Below are positions 36,801-45,950 of a stretch of DNA of 56,369 nt, piece after piece. Source of the stretch: Methanomassiliicoccales archaeon. Lineage in GTDB: Archaea > Thermoplasmatota > Thermoplasmata > Methanomassiliicoccales > UBA472. The notes beneath the pieces are model-generated. The model did no database searches. It had not been told where the DNA came from and worked only from the letters and a program-made list of their open reading frames with translations. A program made the position numbers and the translations under genes. The stretch spans positions 1-56,369 of the forward strand of contig JAJRAN010000135.1 of NCBI GenBank assembly GCA_028682915.1. The letters are read 5' to 3'. Position 1 is the stretch's first letter, and every line of letters starts with the position of its first letter.

Positions 36801-39800
36801 TAGATGCCCGACCCGCCGCAGTCCGTGAAGGTGTTGTCGGTGATGGTCAGGCCATCCACGTAGGCTCCCCAGAGTCCATCGGCCCCAGCGCCGGACACTT
36901 CATTGCCCATTACCAGCACATTGTAGGATGGCAGGATCTCCTCGACATAGTAATCGTAGCCCTCCACGATGATGCCGTAGGATTCCGTGTCCGACATGCA
37001 GGTGATGGTGTTGTCCAGGATGCTTCCGGTGCCGCTGTAGGCGCTGATTCCCTCATAGGCCGCGTTGGTCACCTGGTTGTTCTGGATGAGGAAGCCCGCT
37101 AGGTCCACCTCGATGCCATAGCCGCACGAGTCGACGGTGTTGTCGGTGATGGTCACCGGTACCGCCGCAATTGGCCAGCTGACGAAGTAGATGCCTCCAT
37201 CCGCCGCGCTCACAGTGTTCTCAGTGATGGTCGCAGTGCCAGAGACGCCCGCTCCCCAGTAGTACTCGCTGGAGTCGTCGTAGATCTCGATGTCGATGGC
37301 CCAGCAGTATTCGTCCCAACCGTCACCAGTGACGGTGTTGTTGTTGACGACTACCGCAGCGTCGATGGTCGCCCATGGCGATCCCCAGTTGTAGTCGGTG
37401 CCACGGTACAGGTCCGCGTACAGGCCCTCCTCGTATGCCTCTTGGATCACGTTGTCCAGGAGGTTCACGGTGGTCTGTACGACCGCAGTGGTCTCGCCGT
37501 AGGTGGCCCAGGACCATTCCTGGACCTCTAAGGCTGTGTAGGCGTACCAGACCTCGTTGCCCTGGAACAGCACATCGATGGTGGCCTCGGCAGATGCCGT
37601 GTCATCGTACCTGTATGGCAGGGTTCTTGCATCGGCCCCGCCACCAAGGTAGACCCCGTTACCGCCGTATGCGTACAACACGTTGTTGAGCACGGAGATG
37701 GTGGAGTCCAAGCTGCTGTAGGCCTGGCCTGTCGATGAGGTTGTCCATGCCTCTAGGTCCATCAGCCAACCGGAATACGTCCAGTACCAGCGGCTCAGAT
37801 AGTTGTCATAGACATCTATCGTGCCTCTGGAGGTTGCTACCGCGCTGGTGAACACACCATAGTAGTCCTCTTGCGCCAGGTTGCTGACGTAGACGGTGAT
37901 CCCATCATAATAGCCGCTGATGTCGTTGCCACTGACGTCGACCATGTAGGTTATGTCAGAAGTCGCGAAAACCTCGGTCTCGTAAGGCGGGAAGTAGTGC
38001 TCGAACATGGCGCTCGAGATGATGTACACATACACACCGTCAGTGTAGGCTTCGATGTCGTTGCCCTGTATGGTCACGACGGCGTTCGAACTGGTCGCGC
38101 CCCAGCTGTTGTACACGCTGGCCTCTGACCAGACGTATACGCCTTGGTATGCGTACCAGACGGTGTTGCCTACCACGTTGACGTTGAACTCCATGGTCCC
38201 GGTTCCGAGGCCCTCTGAGACCGGCTGATATGCTATCATTACCAGGCCGTAGTCAGCGATTCCGTAACCGAAGTCAAGGACGTTGTTCTCGTAGTTGGCG
38301 TCCACCGCAAGATCGGCTGTCGATCCGGCGTCGATGCTGGTCAGGGTCTGTGTGATGGTGGCATAGATACCATAACTGAAGTAGGTGTCCATGTCGCTGA
38401 TCATGTTGCCCTGGGCGTCGATGCTGAAGGCGGTCGCTATGCTTCCGCCTCCGGCGCTGAGTATCTCGTCATCGATGCCGACGGCTCCCAATCCTGGGAA
38501 CGAAGATTCCGTCAGGATGTTGTTCATTATGCTTACGTCATGCTGGACGCTCGACTCTCCATCGGCCGCGGTCATGTAGTATAGAACGCTATAGAACTGA
38601 GCCGGGCCGGGCCCGCCTATCGGGGGCGCGAACGGCGACCACATGCTTTCCATCCACGGATCGAGGTCTCCAGTGATGTTGTTGTCCTGGAAGATCGTCT
38701 CCGCGGTTATGCTCCATGTGGCCATCTCTGTCGCGATGTAGGTCTCCATATAGAACGTGCCGGCATGGATTCCCAGGTTGCCCTCGACCCTCTTGGTCAC
38801 GGACAGGGAATAGCTGCCTTCCAAGGCGCTGTCCTCTACGATGGTCCACATCGCGCCGCAGGATATTACCTGCTCGAAGACGCAATTGGTGATGGCCATG
38901 CTGCTAACGCCACCGTTTATTGGCGAATCCAATAGGCCGATGGCCAGCCCCATCACGAGATAGAAGTTCATGTTCGTGACCACGACGTTCATGGTGCCGT
39001 TCCAGTCCAGTAGCGACAACGCAGCCCAATAGCCGTACATGTTGCCGCCGATGTAGTTGAACGTGGTGTCGTTGATCACGACGGTCATTACTCCGTCAAC
39101 GCATTCGAAGAGCATACCGCCAGTCATGAAGTGGGTGACCGAGGTGTGAGTGACGATGGCCGTCAGGTTACCCTCGGCATGCACGAAGGAAGCGTATCCT
39201 GCGGACATGCGCTCCATGGTGAAGTGCACGGTCATCCAGTCATTGTCGTAGGCGTACCAGTTCCAAAGCCTGAGGTCCCAGTTCATGTTGCTGCCCGCGA
39301 AGTTGACACCATATGCGTAATCCGCTGGTGTGGATGGAGAGAACTTGGACTCCATCATGGCGTACCTGATCTCGGCGTCGCCACTCTCGAACAGCACGAT
39401 CTCGAATACGTTCTTCAGCTGCTCGCTGTCAGACTGCCACACATACCAGTGGAAGATGATCGCACCCTCCACCTTCTTGTAGCCGATGCCCGGGTACTCG
39501 CTGGTCGTCCAATATGGGTTCTGGGCGGCCGCGATCATGTTGGGGACACCAGGTCCGAAGTTGTAGTATGTGCTGTTCACATCGGAAACGCCAAACCCGA
39601 GCCAGCCATATACGGACATCGTGACCTGGTCATAGAGTTCACCATTGAACTCGAAGTTCCAGTCCAGGTCCACGGTCAGCCAGGAGTTGGTCGTCCACGC
39701 ATCGGGGTCGATCATCACGTAGTTGCTCTCGACCTCGCTTGGCAGGAACAGCTGGGCGTTATCGGCCATCGAGCCGTCGAAGTTGTCGCGCAGGTAGACT

Positions 39801-42800
39801 ACCCTTGCGTCATGCATCGCGTCGATGTGCACGCATCCCGAGCCTTGCCCGAGGAACTCATCGTCCACCAATTGGGCGGAGACGTCGTTCGCGGAATACA
39901 CATAGATGCCGAATTCCCCGAGCTCGAAGGTCGTGTTGTCCACGTTGACGGTCACGTCGCCGTTCATCAGGGTGCGCAGGTAGAATCCGAACCAGTTGTT
40001 CGACAGGAAGGATCCGGTCGCTTCTACCACCACGTCATCCTGATCCGCCTCCGCGAACAGTCCGAACTCGCTGCTGTTGAGGAGTTGGGCGTTCTGCAAG
40101 CTGACGGTTATCCCGCCCACTTGCGAGTGGATCTCGATGCCCTTGGTGTTGTTCTCGAAGGTCGTGTCCACCACGCTCAGGTCGACCGCCCCGGCCGCGT
40201 CAAGGAACATTCCAATATCACAATTGAAGATCCAGGACGGGTCGATGACGACGTCGATCGTGCCCATGGCTGCGATGACATCGAACCCTTTCTCTCCAGT
40301 GTTCGTGACCTGGACATCGGTCAGGTCAAGGACTACGTTGCCCATGGTCGATAGCACGAGGACGCCATTGATGCTGGTGTCGTTCAGGCTAACACCGGTC
40401 ATGGTCAGGTTGAGGTCTCCCACGGATTGGAGGACCACTGCGTTGCCGTTCCAGGTGTGATCGACCACGACGTTGTCGAACGTGGCCATCAGCTTGCCGT
40501 TCATGGAATAGGCAAGTATGCCGTTGTCCACATTGTCCGTGAGCACGGAGTTCGACACATCCAAGACCACATCTCCGACCAAGGAGGTGATATAGACCCC
40601 GTTGCTGGCGTTCACCAGGTTGAGGCCGTCGATGTTTACCTCGGTCGTTAGGTTGGAGAGCACGTATAGGCCATAGCCGTTCATTATGCTGTATGGCCAC
40701 ATCTCCAGGTTCGCCTGGCTCAGATCAACGCTGACTGCGCCCTCAGGGGCTTCCAGCCAGATCATGTTGACTGCTACCCAGCCGTTCCAGGGGATCTCGT
40801 ACTTCATCTTGATGTGCCGGTTGATGTCGTTCCCTACGAAGTTGATGTTACCCAGGTCGGAGTACAGCACGATGCCGCCGTGCAGGTTGGTGTCCAATCC
40901 ATTGAAGTTGGCTACGATGTTTCCAACCGCGTCAGCCTCGAATGCCGATAACTCCCACCAGGACGGGTACCAATATTCCGGCCCGGTCAGTATGTCGTTG
41001 TTCACGGACAGGTCAACAACGTTGGCGGTTATTGTGCCGGTTGCGCTCAGGAACACTCCCTGGATCACATTGTTGATCGACACGCCATTGGCGTTGAAGA
41101 CAATGTTCCCATTCGGCACAGAGACGTATGCGCCCATGTAGCTCATGTTGCTCCAGATATCCGTCATGGAGACGCTTGCCGAGTGGTTCGAGGAAACGTA
41201 TAGAACGCTGTTCATTACATTTCCAGAATTGTAATACCACGAGCCATCGGTGTACATCTGGATCTCTACGTTGGTCATGGAGGCTGTAACCCCGCCCTCA
41301 TCGGCGACCAGGTCGACTCCCGCCCTAGTTGAGTCCGCTCCAGTTACAAGGCCGTTCGTCCAGGCGAAGTTGACATTACCAAGCGTCGATTCGACGAAGA
41401 CGCAATAGTAGGTGTCGTTCATGTCAACGTCAACCATGGTCAGGGCGATATTACCCAAGGCCACAACGTAGACGCCATAGAGCGAGTGGTTGATCAACGT
41501 GGGGTCGATCCTCGCTGTTACCGCGCCGTTTGGTGCCATGGCAGATATGCCAGTTATCGCGCCCTCTATGGTCGCATCGGAGACGTCCAAGACGATGTTA
41601 CCATTGGCGGTTTCCACACTCAGACCTAGGAATAGGCCTGTAGCGTAGAACCTCGTTGCGGTGACTGTGGCAGTGGTGTTGACGTCACAATAGACGCTGC
41701 CTTCTCCGCCAATTAAGTAGTCCCCGATGATGTTGACGTCGGTCATGGTGATGGTTGCTCCACCCTCATATGACCAAACATACACACCATACCCTTTGAC
41801 GCTGGTCATGTTGACATTGTCTAGGGTTATTGTTATGGCGCCAAATGCTTGTGCATATACGCCATACTGCGTCAAATTCTCGAAGGTGACGTCGGATACG
41901 GCGATGTTGACCCCACCGAATGGGGCTAAAGCGAATGCACCGATGGTGGCGTTTTGGACCCTCATATTGGTCAAGGTCACTTGCGCCATACCAGATTGAC
42001 CAAGAGTCAACGCACCTGCAGCATAGGTCGTGCCAAGGTCGATGACATTACCCAATGTCACGCCGTTGACGCTAACGACCGCGTTAGCCATCTGAGATAC
42101 CGCCGCGGCGCAGGACTGAGCATAGTAGATGGCAGTCCCTCCGCTGATGCTTACCGATGCGTTCCAATAGGCATCGGCCAAGACTGCGGTGGTCATGCCC
42201 GCCGAGGGCGAGGTGTAGAGCCCGCCAACGACGCTGACCGAGGCGTTCTGCGCAGAGGTCGCTCTTATCGCGTTGCCGCCGACATTGGCCATGACGCAAT
42301 CCGTTATGGTGGCCACGATGTTACCATCATTGGTTACCAGAACCAGTCCATTGGCCGCGTCATTGATCACGAAACCCGACAAGGCCACGTTCATGTTGCC
42401 TATGGTCCTTGTGTAGGTTACCGCGTTGCCAGATATGAACTGGATGGTCCCGCTGATGGTCGCCGTGGTGTCCACCACTTGGACGCCGTTAGTGGCATAG
42501 CTGAGGGTGAAATACACCATCCTGGACCCGGACGGACCGGTTAAAATTATGCCGTCCCATGAGCCTGGTATGGTTCCGGTGGAGCTTGAGAATCTTATGG
42601 TACCACCGGATGCGCTGGTACCGTTAGCCCACAAATAACCCTCAACAGTCAAGCTTGAGCCATCGGTGAAATTGACGTACACACCGGGGTCGATCTTTAG
42701 CCAGACCCCGCTTTGTACGGTAATATCACCGTCAATCACATAGTTGTCCGCCGTCGTCAGCTGCGTATTCGTAGTGACGTCGGTGTTTATTGTTACTGTC

Positions 42801-42937
42801 GCCGCGCTCGCATGGCTGGTGCTAAGTAACAGCACCAACGCAAAAGCGAATACGAGCAACGCGACATAGAGCAATGCTCTCTTTCCAAGAACGCGACCTA
42901 TCGGTAGGGTGCGTTCAGTAACGTTTGCCGTATCCAT
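33848..42937 (-). CDS. Giant (3029 aa) cell-surface protein: parallel beta-helix repeats, NIDO-like insert, three C-terminal beta-sandwich repeats, TM anchor
   Basis: Signal peptide (HASA-A); Asn/Thr/Val/Gly-rich PbH1-type coils; three VxxxDxxG...TxExG...YxV repeats; C-terminal TM plus ARKD; SD GAGGTG before ATG 42937. Confidence 0.88.
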   Translation of the reverse strand: MDTANVTERTLPIGRVLGKRALLYVALLVFAFALVLLLSTSHASAATVTINTDVTTNTQLTTADNYVIDGDITVQSGVWLKIDPGVYVNFTDGSSLTVEGYLWANGTSASGGTIRFSSSTGTIPGSWDGIILTGPSGSRMVYFTLSYATNGVQVVDTTATISGTIQFISGNAVTYTRTIGNMNVALSGFVINDAANGLVLVTNDGNIVATITDCVMANVGGNAIRATSAQNASVSVVGGLYTSPSAGMTTAVLADAYWNASVSISGGTAIYYAQSCAAAVSQMANAVVSVNGVTLGNVIDLGTTYAAGALTLGQSGMAQVTLTNMRVQNATIGAFALAPFGGVNIAVSDVTFENLTQYGVYAQAFGAITITLDNVNMTSVKGYGVYVWSYEGGATITMTDVNIIGDYLIGGEGSVYCDVNTTATVTATRFYATGLFLGLSVETANGNIVLDVSDATIEGAITGISAMAPNGAVTARIDPTLINHSLYGVYVVALGNIALTMVDVDMNDTYYCVFVESTLGNVNFAWTNGLVTGADSTRAGVDLVADEGGVTASMTNVEIQMYTDGSWYYNSGNVMNSVLYVSSNHSASVSMTDIWSNMSYMGAYVSVPNGNIVFNANGVSINNVIQGVFLSATGTITANVVDLSVNNDILTGPEYWYPSWWELSAFEADAVGNIVANFNGLDTNLHGGIVLYSDLGNINFVGNDINRHIKMKYEIPWNGWVAVNMIWLEAPEGAVSVDLSQANLEMWPYSIMNGYGLYVLSNLTTEVNIDGLNLVNASNGVYITSLVGDVVLDVSNSVLTDNVDNGILAYSMNGKLMATFDNVVVDHTWNGNAVVLQSVGDLNLTMTGVSLNDTSINGVLVLSTMGNVVLDLTDVQVTNTGEKGFDVIAAMGTIDVVIDPSWIFNCDIGMFLDAAGAVDLSVVDTTFENNTKGIEIHSQVGGITVSLQNAQLLNSSEFGLFAEADQDDVVVEATGSFLSNNWFGFYLRTLMNGDVTVNVDNTTFELGEFGIYVYSANDVSAQLVDDEFLGQGSGCVHIDAMHDARVVYLRDNFDGSMADNAQLFLPSEVESNYVMIDPDAWTTNSWLTVDLDWNFEFNGELYDQVTMSVYGWLGFGVSDVNSTYYNFGPGVPNMIAAAQNPYWTTSEYPGIGYKKVEGAIIFHWYVWQSDSEQLKNVFEIVLFESGDAEIRYAMMESKFSPSTPADYAYGVNFAGSNMNWDLRLWNWYAYDNDWMTVHFTMERMSAGYASFVHAEGNLTAIVTHTSVTHFMTGGMLFECVDGVMTVVINDTTFNYIGGNMYGYWAALSLLDWNGTMNVVVTNMNFYLVMGLAIGLLDSPINGGVSSMAITNCVFEQVISCGAMWTIVEDSALEGSYSLSVTKRVEGNLGIHAGTFYMETYIATEMATWSITAETIFQDNNITGDLDPWMESMWSPFAPPIGGPGPAQFYSVLYYMTAADGESSVQHDVSIMNNILTESSFPGLGAVGIDDEILSAGGGSIATAFSIDAQGNMISDMDTYFSYGIYATITQTLTSIDAGSTADLAVDANYENNVLDFGYGIADYGLVMIAYQPVSEGLGTGTMEFNVNVVGNTVWYAYQGVYVWSEASVYNSWGATSSNAVVTIQGNDIEAYTDGVYVYIISSAMFEHYFPPYETEVFATSDITYMVDVSGNDISGYYDGITVYVSNLAQEDYYGVFTSAVATSRGTIDVYDNYLSRWYWTYSGWLMDLEAWTTSSTGQAYSSLDSTISVLNNVLYAYGGNGVYLGGGADARTLPYRYDDTASAEATIDVLFQGNEVWYAYTALEVQEWSWATYGETTAVVQTTVNLLDNVIQEAYEEGLYADLYRGTDYNWGSPWATIDAAVVVNNNTVTGDGWDEYCWAIDIEIYDDSSEYYWGAGVSGTATITENTVSAADGGIYFVSWPIAAVPVTITDNTVDSCGYGIEVDLAGFLIQNNQVTNAAYEGISAYSGTGSILDNTITCMSDTESYGIIVEGYDYYVEEILPSYNVLVMGNEVSGAGADGLWGAYVDGLTITDNTFTDCGGSGIYLGGGYDEFEDYLSGDLSITNNQITNVGFNGIFVSYFEYIDIMENTIDGVGSGYGLWVDNCQYFDIAYNVVSNAYGGLAITFSDDGDAYSNVLSAMAVEGEDGGDGPESDGYRYGVGIFVMNSENIWISDTPVTGFTFGVWVEDSYDISFVNVDVTMSVVDGGQFDYVDGFLIQDCVFSMSGANGLWIYDSYGTIENTQVSNNFLSGLWIDSYSSVTVINGMFNNNGEYGLLFDSAVDWIVNGESSVINNPVIFNGDLTVQEGGNLVLFMLVDFEIIGDDSDGLATITVDAGGMLKAFNVDFWLSEYGESAYYYEFNVFGGLDFMNVLVTDALELYLGPTASAKIFTSQIVYNLRNGVVVDGCAPVIMSSTIAMNNRNGILVENGASPVITDCMIADNSIGMFVRDGDMSQIIDNVFALNSIAGVLTEQTTGTIKDNIFLFNNKEIFIKGGAVSIEDNQIGYCTLVDVMFQFAPILGMMDGMTYLPMLDLWISPEMLSELLFGHIGVFAIDGAVVSTSGNEFGMLTTGVMVVDSELTFNDDILSRTLIVPYMSSDGIIRNMSLPVPVYDGIVAKNSEVTVNGGTIKVLDDAIFLDGCVASISNATLIAGDFAIWSANSEVSVTDSTLIGKIKADGNSEITVAFALIVVVKDPWGNTLANVPVTVKNAKGDVVNQGKTSENGIFATRAVSFVLTSAGKDTSMNPYKVNASFGGVDTSSYPGHDAEFSPAEPDPTTVSVNGPTSVVVQTNVIVKFFLMTKATDPQGHGVPGATIVLASANGLYNYTGTTDEDGVYTQLVKSYVQTPNGKDASAEPYSVTATFPNSVEDYGGRVEFTPQVVSGTVIVNEDMANVVKTGIRVWYDLTVLAKDKFNRSTAGAYVVATDALGNIAWADDTGEDGTVTHEVVGWAQSEDGTMDLGMNNYTVTVKFNENPTLAEASVDMSMGNTMIVVQEVVTEFNWTLAITIALIGALMLGVLLIVIARKD

Positions 42938-43129
42938 GTCTCGCCACCTCAGGAAGAGGTACAAGAAATTCCTCCCGAACCAAAGCGTTTAAATTGTAGA
43001 GGTATTATGGATTTGCCTATTACTTAAACCTTCTTCCAGCATAGGGAAAAATCCCGCCTTTGAGCCATTTAACGAAAAACCGTCTGGCTAGTCCATCCGC
43101 TTCGGATAATGATTCCAATGGATATTCGG

Positions 43130-43210
43130 CAGAACATAATTCCTGCGAAGACTTGTTATCGGAATGCGAAATGGCGCATACGAAGCGTCGTGACATCTTC
43201 GCGGATTCTG
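43130..43210 (+). other. Long imperfect intergenic stem-loop, candidate ncRNA or cis element
   Basis: CAGAA/TTCTG, TCC(T)GCGAAGA/TCTTCGCGGA, TGTTA/TGACA and ATGCG/CGCAT nested helices. Confidence 0.35.
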
Positions 43211-43247
43211 AGAAAGGTTAAGTGAAAAGAACGAAATATCGGCTCTC

Positions 43248-43904
43248 GTGCACAAGACCACGACGATCGAGATGGAGGCGGACGTGCTAGCCGAGAATCG
43301 GAAGCTTGCGGCCGACAACCTCCGTAAATTGAGGAGCAAGGGGGTGAGGTCGGTGGATGTGATGGGATCCATCGGATCGGGGAAGACCGCTCTGATCGTC
43401 AGACTTGCCAAGGAGCTCAAATCCAAGGGCAAGAGGGTAGCGGCCATTGCCGGTGATGTGACCGGCGAGGACGATTACAGGATCTTCAAGGGTGCTGGCA
43501 TCCCCTCCATCAACCTGAACACGGGCAAGGAGTGCCACCTCGACGCACATTTAGTGAACGAGGCGCTGGATGAGCTCAGGCTCGAGGAGTATGATGTGCT
43601 GTTCATCGAGAACGTGGGGAACCTGGTCTGTCCTGCGGACTTCCCGCTGGGCACCGACCATCGGATGGTCGTGATCTCCCCGACGGAGGGGGATGACATG
43701 ATCAACAAGCACCCCATGATCTTCCTTGAGGCGGAGATCGCGGTGCTCAACAAGATCGATCTCCTCCCTCATCTGGATGTTGACGTGGACCGGCTGAAGG
43801 CCGACTACGCCAAGATACGGAAGGGAGGTACATTGCACATGACTAGCGCCAAGAGCGGGGCGGGGCTGCCCGAGCTGCTCAGGGCTTTGCATCTCACGGA
43901 CTGA
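43248..43904 (+). CDS. hypB: Hydrogenase nickel incorporation GTPase HypB
   Basis: GSIGSGKT, NTGKECHLDA, ENVGNLVCPADF.LG, NKIDL, SAK. Confidence 0.97.
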   Translation: MHKTTTIEMEADVLAENRKLAADNLRKLRSKGVRSVDVMGSIGSGKTALIVRLAKELKSKGKRVAAIAGDVTGEDDYRIFKGAGIPSINLNTGKECHLDAHLVNEALDELRLEEYDVLFIENVGNLVCPADFPLGTDHRMVVISPTEGDDMINKHPMIFLEAEIAVLNKIDLLPHLDVDVDRLKADYAKIRKGGTLHMTSAKSGAGLPELLRALHLTD

Positions 43905-43966
43905 GGTCCAAAATGGTTCAGCACAGATCGCGAATAGGTCATTGAAAGCTTGAGGGAGTGATGAGC

Positions 43967-45289
43967 ATGAAGATACTGGCCGTTGGCGGTGGGGGCAGGG
44001 AGCACGCGATAGTCAAAGCTCTGGCGCGGGGCGAGGCCGAGATATTCTCGGTGATGAAGAACAAAAACCCTGGCATCGCCCGGGCCAGCAAGGACTTCCT
44101 TCTGGCCAAGGAGACGGACGTGGACAAGGTCGTCCAATACGCGCTCGCGAAGAAGGTCGAGCTGGCAGTGATCGGTCCCGAATCCCCCTTGGAAGCGGGT
44201 TTGGTGGACCGGCTGACACAGAAGGGGATCGGTTGTGTCGGCCCGACCAGGTCCGCCGCGAGGATCGAGACGTCCAAGAGCTTCGCACGAGGGCTCCTGT
44301 CCAAGTATCGGGTCCCGGGCAACATAAGGTTCGCATCCTTCACTGACCTGGACGCGGCGGAGAGGCACCTCCGATCGATAGACTATGAGGTCGCGGTCAA
44401 ACCCACTGGCCTCACGGGCGGGAAGGGGGTGAAGCTGCAAGGGGAGCACCTGGCCGATGGCGCCGAGGTGCTCGCCTATGTCAGGGAGATCTTCGAAAAG
44501 GGAATCGGTGGAGCGGGAGTGGTCCTCGAAGAGAGGCTTGAGGGGGAGGAGTTCACCCTGCAGGCCTTCTGCGATGGCAAGAACGTCGTCCCCATGCCCC
44601 TGGTCCAGGACCACAAGAGAGCTTTCGATGGCGATAAGGGGCCGAACACAGGCGGAATGGGCTCCTACTCGTCCGAGGATCATCTCCTGCCATTCGTCAA
44701 CTCCTCGGAGATGGAGGAGGCGGTCGATTCCATGAAACGGACCGTGGCAGCCCTTGCCAGCGAAGGTGCGCCCTATCGCGGCATCCTGTATGGCCAATTC
44801 ATGCTCACCAGGGACGGCCCCAGGATCATCGAGTTCAACGCCCGGTTCGGCGACCCAGAGGCGATGAACGTCCTTCCACTGCTAGAGTCCGACTTCGTAG
44901 GGATTTGCTCTGGCATCGCGTCCGGCGATGTTTCGAGGAGGAGCTGCGAGTTCAGGAGGGCCGCGACCGTCTGCAAGTACGTGGTGCCGGAAGGGTATGG
45001 GACCGAGCCTATGGCCAATGTCCCGATCAAGGTGGACGAGGAGGGGGTGCAGAGGGCGGGAGCGGAGCTCTACTATGCCGCCGTGAACGAGGTCGGGGGC
45101 GAGATCCTCACCTCGACCTCCAGGGCGGTGGCGGTCGTGGGCATAGATGTCAACATCGACGCCGCGGAACGCCAGTGCGAAAGGGCGCTGCGCTTCATCT
45201 CAGGCGAGCACATCTACGTCCGGCACGACATCGGCAAGCATGAAATAATCCAGAGGAAGGTGGAGCGCGTGAGGGCGCTCAGGAAATAG
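43967..45289 (+). CDS. purD: Phosphoribosylamine-glycine ligase
   Basis: GGGGREHA, GPESPL, ETSK, GGKGV, QDHKR...GPNTGGMG, EFNARFGDPE. Confidence 0.97.
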   Translation: MKILAVGGGGREHAIVKALARGEAEIFSVMKNKNPGIARASKDFLLAKETDVDKVVQYALAKKVELAVIGPESPLEAGLVDRLTQKGIGCVGPTRSAARIETSKSFARGLLSKYRVPGNIRFASFTDLDAAERHLRSIDYEVAVKPTGLTGGKGVKLQGEHLADGAEVLAYVREIFEKGIGGAGVVLEERLEGEEFTLQAFCDGKNVVPMPLVQDHKRAFDGDKGPNTGGMGSYSSEDHLLPFVNSSEMEEAVDSMKRTVAALASEGAPYRGILYGQFMLTRDGPRIIEFNARFGDPEAMNVLPLLESDFVGICSGIASGDVSRRSCEFRRAATVCKYVVPEGYGTEPMANVPIKVDEEGVQRAGAELYYAAVNEVGGEILTSTSRAVAVVGIDVNIDAAERQCERALRFISGEHIYVRHDIGKHEIIQRKVERVRALRK

Positions 45290-45319
45290 TTTTTATCCTC
45301 CAGGGCGCTTCGCTTGCAC

Positions 45320-45937
45320 ATGAAGAAGCTGGACGTCATCGCCCTTCACATCCAGGAAAGGCTTGACGAGAAGGACACGGTGAGGGAGATAGCCATCAAG
45401 TCCTCCAGGGCCATCATCCGCATCTCAGGCAGCGTTGTCCACTCCATACACAAAGGGGAGGACGTGACCGAGATGATGTCCGAGGCCTTGGACGAGGCCC
45501 AGCGCTTGCGTGGCCTGCTCAAGGAGCACCCCGAGCTTCTTAACTCGGGCTTGGTGGAGGACGCGATGCAGGAGCTGTCCGAGGCCGCCATCCTGCTCTC
45601 CATCTACACCAAGGACGAGCTGCCATCACCTGACGAGCTCGAAGTCCCGTACACCGCGTACCTGCTCGGCCTCGCCGACTGCATCGGCGAGCTCAGGAGG
45701 TTCGCGCTCGAGGCCTTGAGGGCAGGTGACACGGAGAAGGCCACGGAGTACCTAGAGATGATGGAGGACTTCTTCCAGGTCATCATGAGGTTCGACTATC
45801 CCGATGCCTTGGTCTCCATCAGGAGGAAGCAGGACATCGCGCGATCGCTGTTGGAGAAGACACGGGGCGAGGTGGCGGTGGCCGTGAGCTCGAAGAGGCT
45901 GGCGGACCGCATACGCGCCCTCGATGACAAGCTTTGA
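45320..45937 (+). CDS. Translin/TRAX-family protein
   Basis: RE..IK.SR.IIR.S, QELSEA, YLLGLADCIGELRR, RRKQD..R motifs. Confidence 0.88.
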   Translation: MKKLDVIALHIQERLDEKDTVREIAIKSSRAIIRISGSVVHSIHKGEDVTEMMSEALDEAQRLRGLLKEHPELLNSGLVEDAMQELSEAAILLSIYTKDELPSPDELEVPYTAYLLGLADCIGELRRFALEALRAGDTEKATEYLEMMEDFFQVIMRFDYPDALVSIRRKQDIARSLLEKTRGEVAVAVSSKRLADRIRALDDKL

Positions 45938-45950
45938 GCCGTCGGCGTGG

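Noticed and set aside
39131..40354. Long antisense ORFs (also 48765-49826, 51648-52949, 43805-44797, 3116-3946 and many shorter ones)
   Set aside because: They lie opposite well-supported genes, show no recognisable motifs, and are expected shadows of GC3-biased coding sequence.
43159..43183. GAA/A-like internal loop resembling an archaeal SECIS
   Set aside because: Poor match to the consensus, not in a 3' UTR, and no in-frame TGA selenoprotein candidate in the window.
45287..45322. purD TAG is in frame with the translin gene with no intervening stop (possible amber read-through fusion)
   Set aside because: The spacer contains a BRE/TATA-like GAAATAGTTTTTATC at leaderless distance from the translin ATG; both proteins are full length; in-frame spacing has a 1-in-3 chance.
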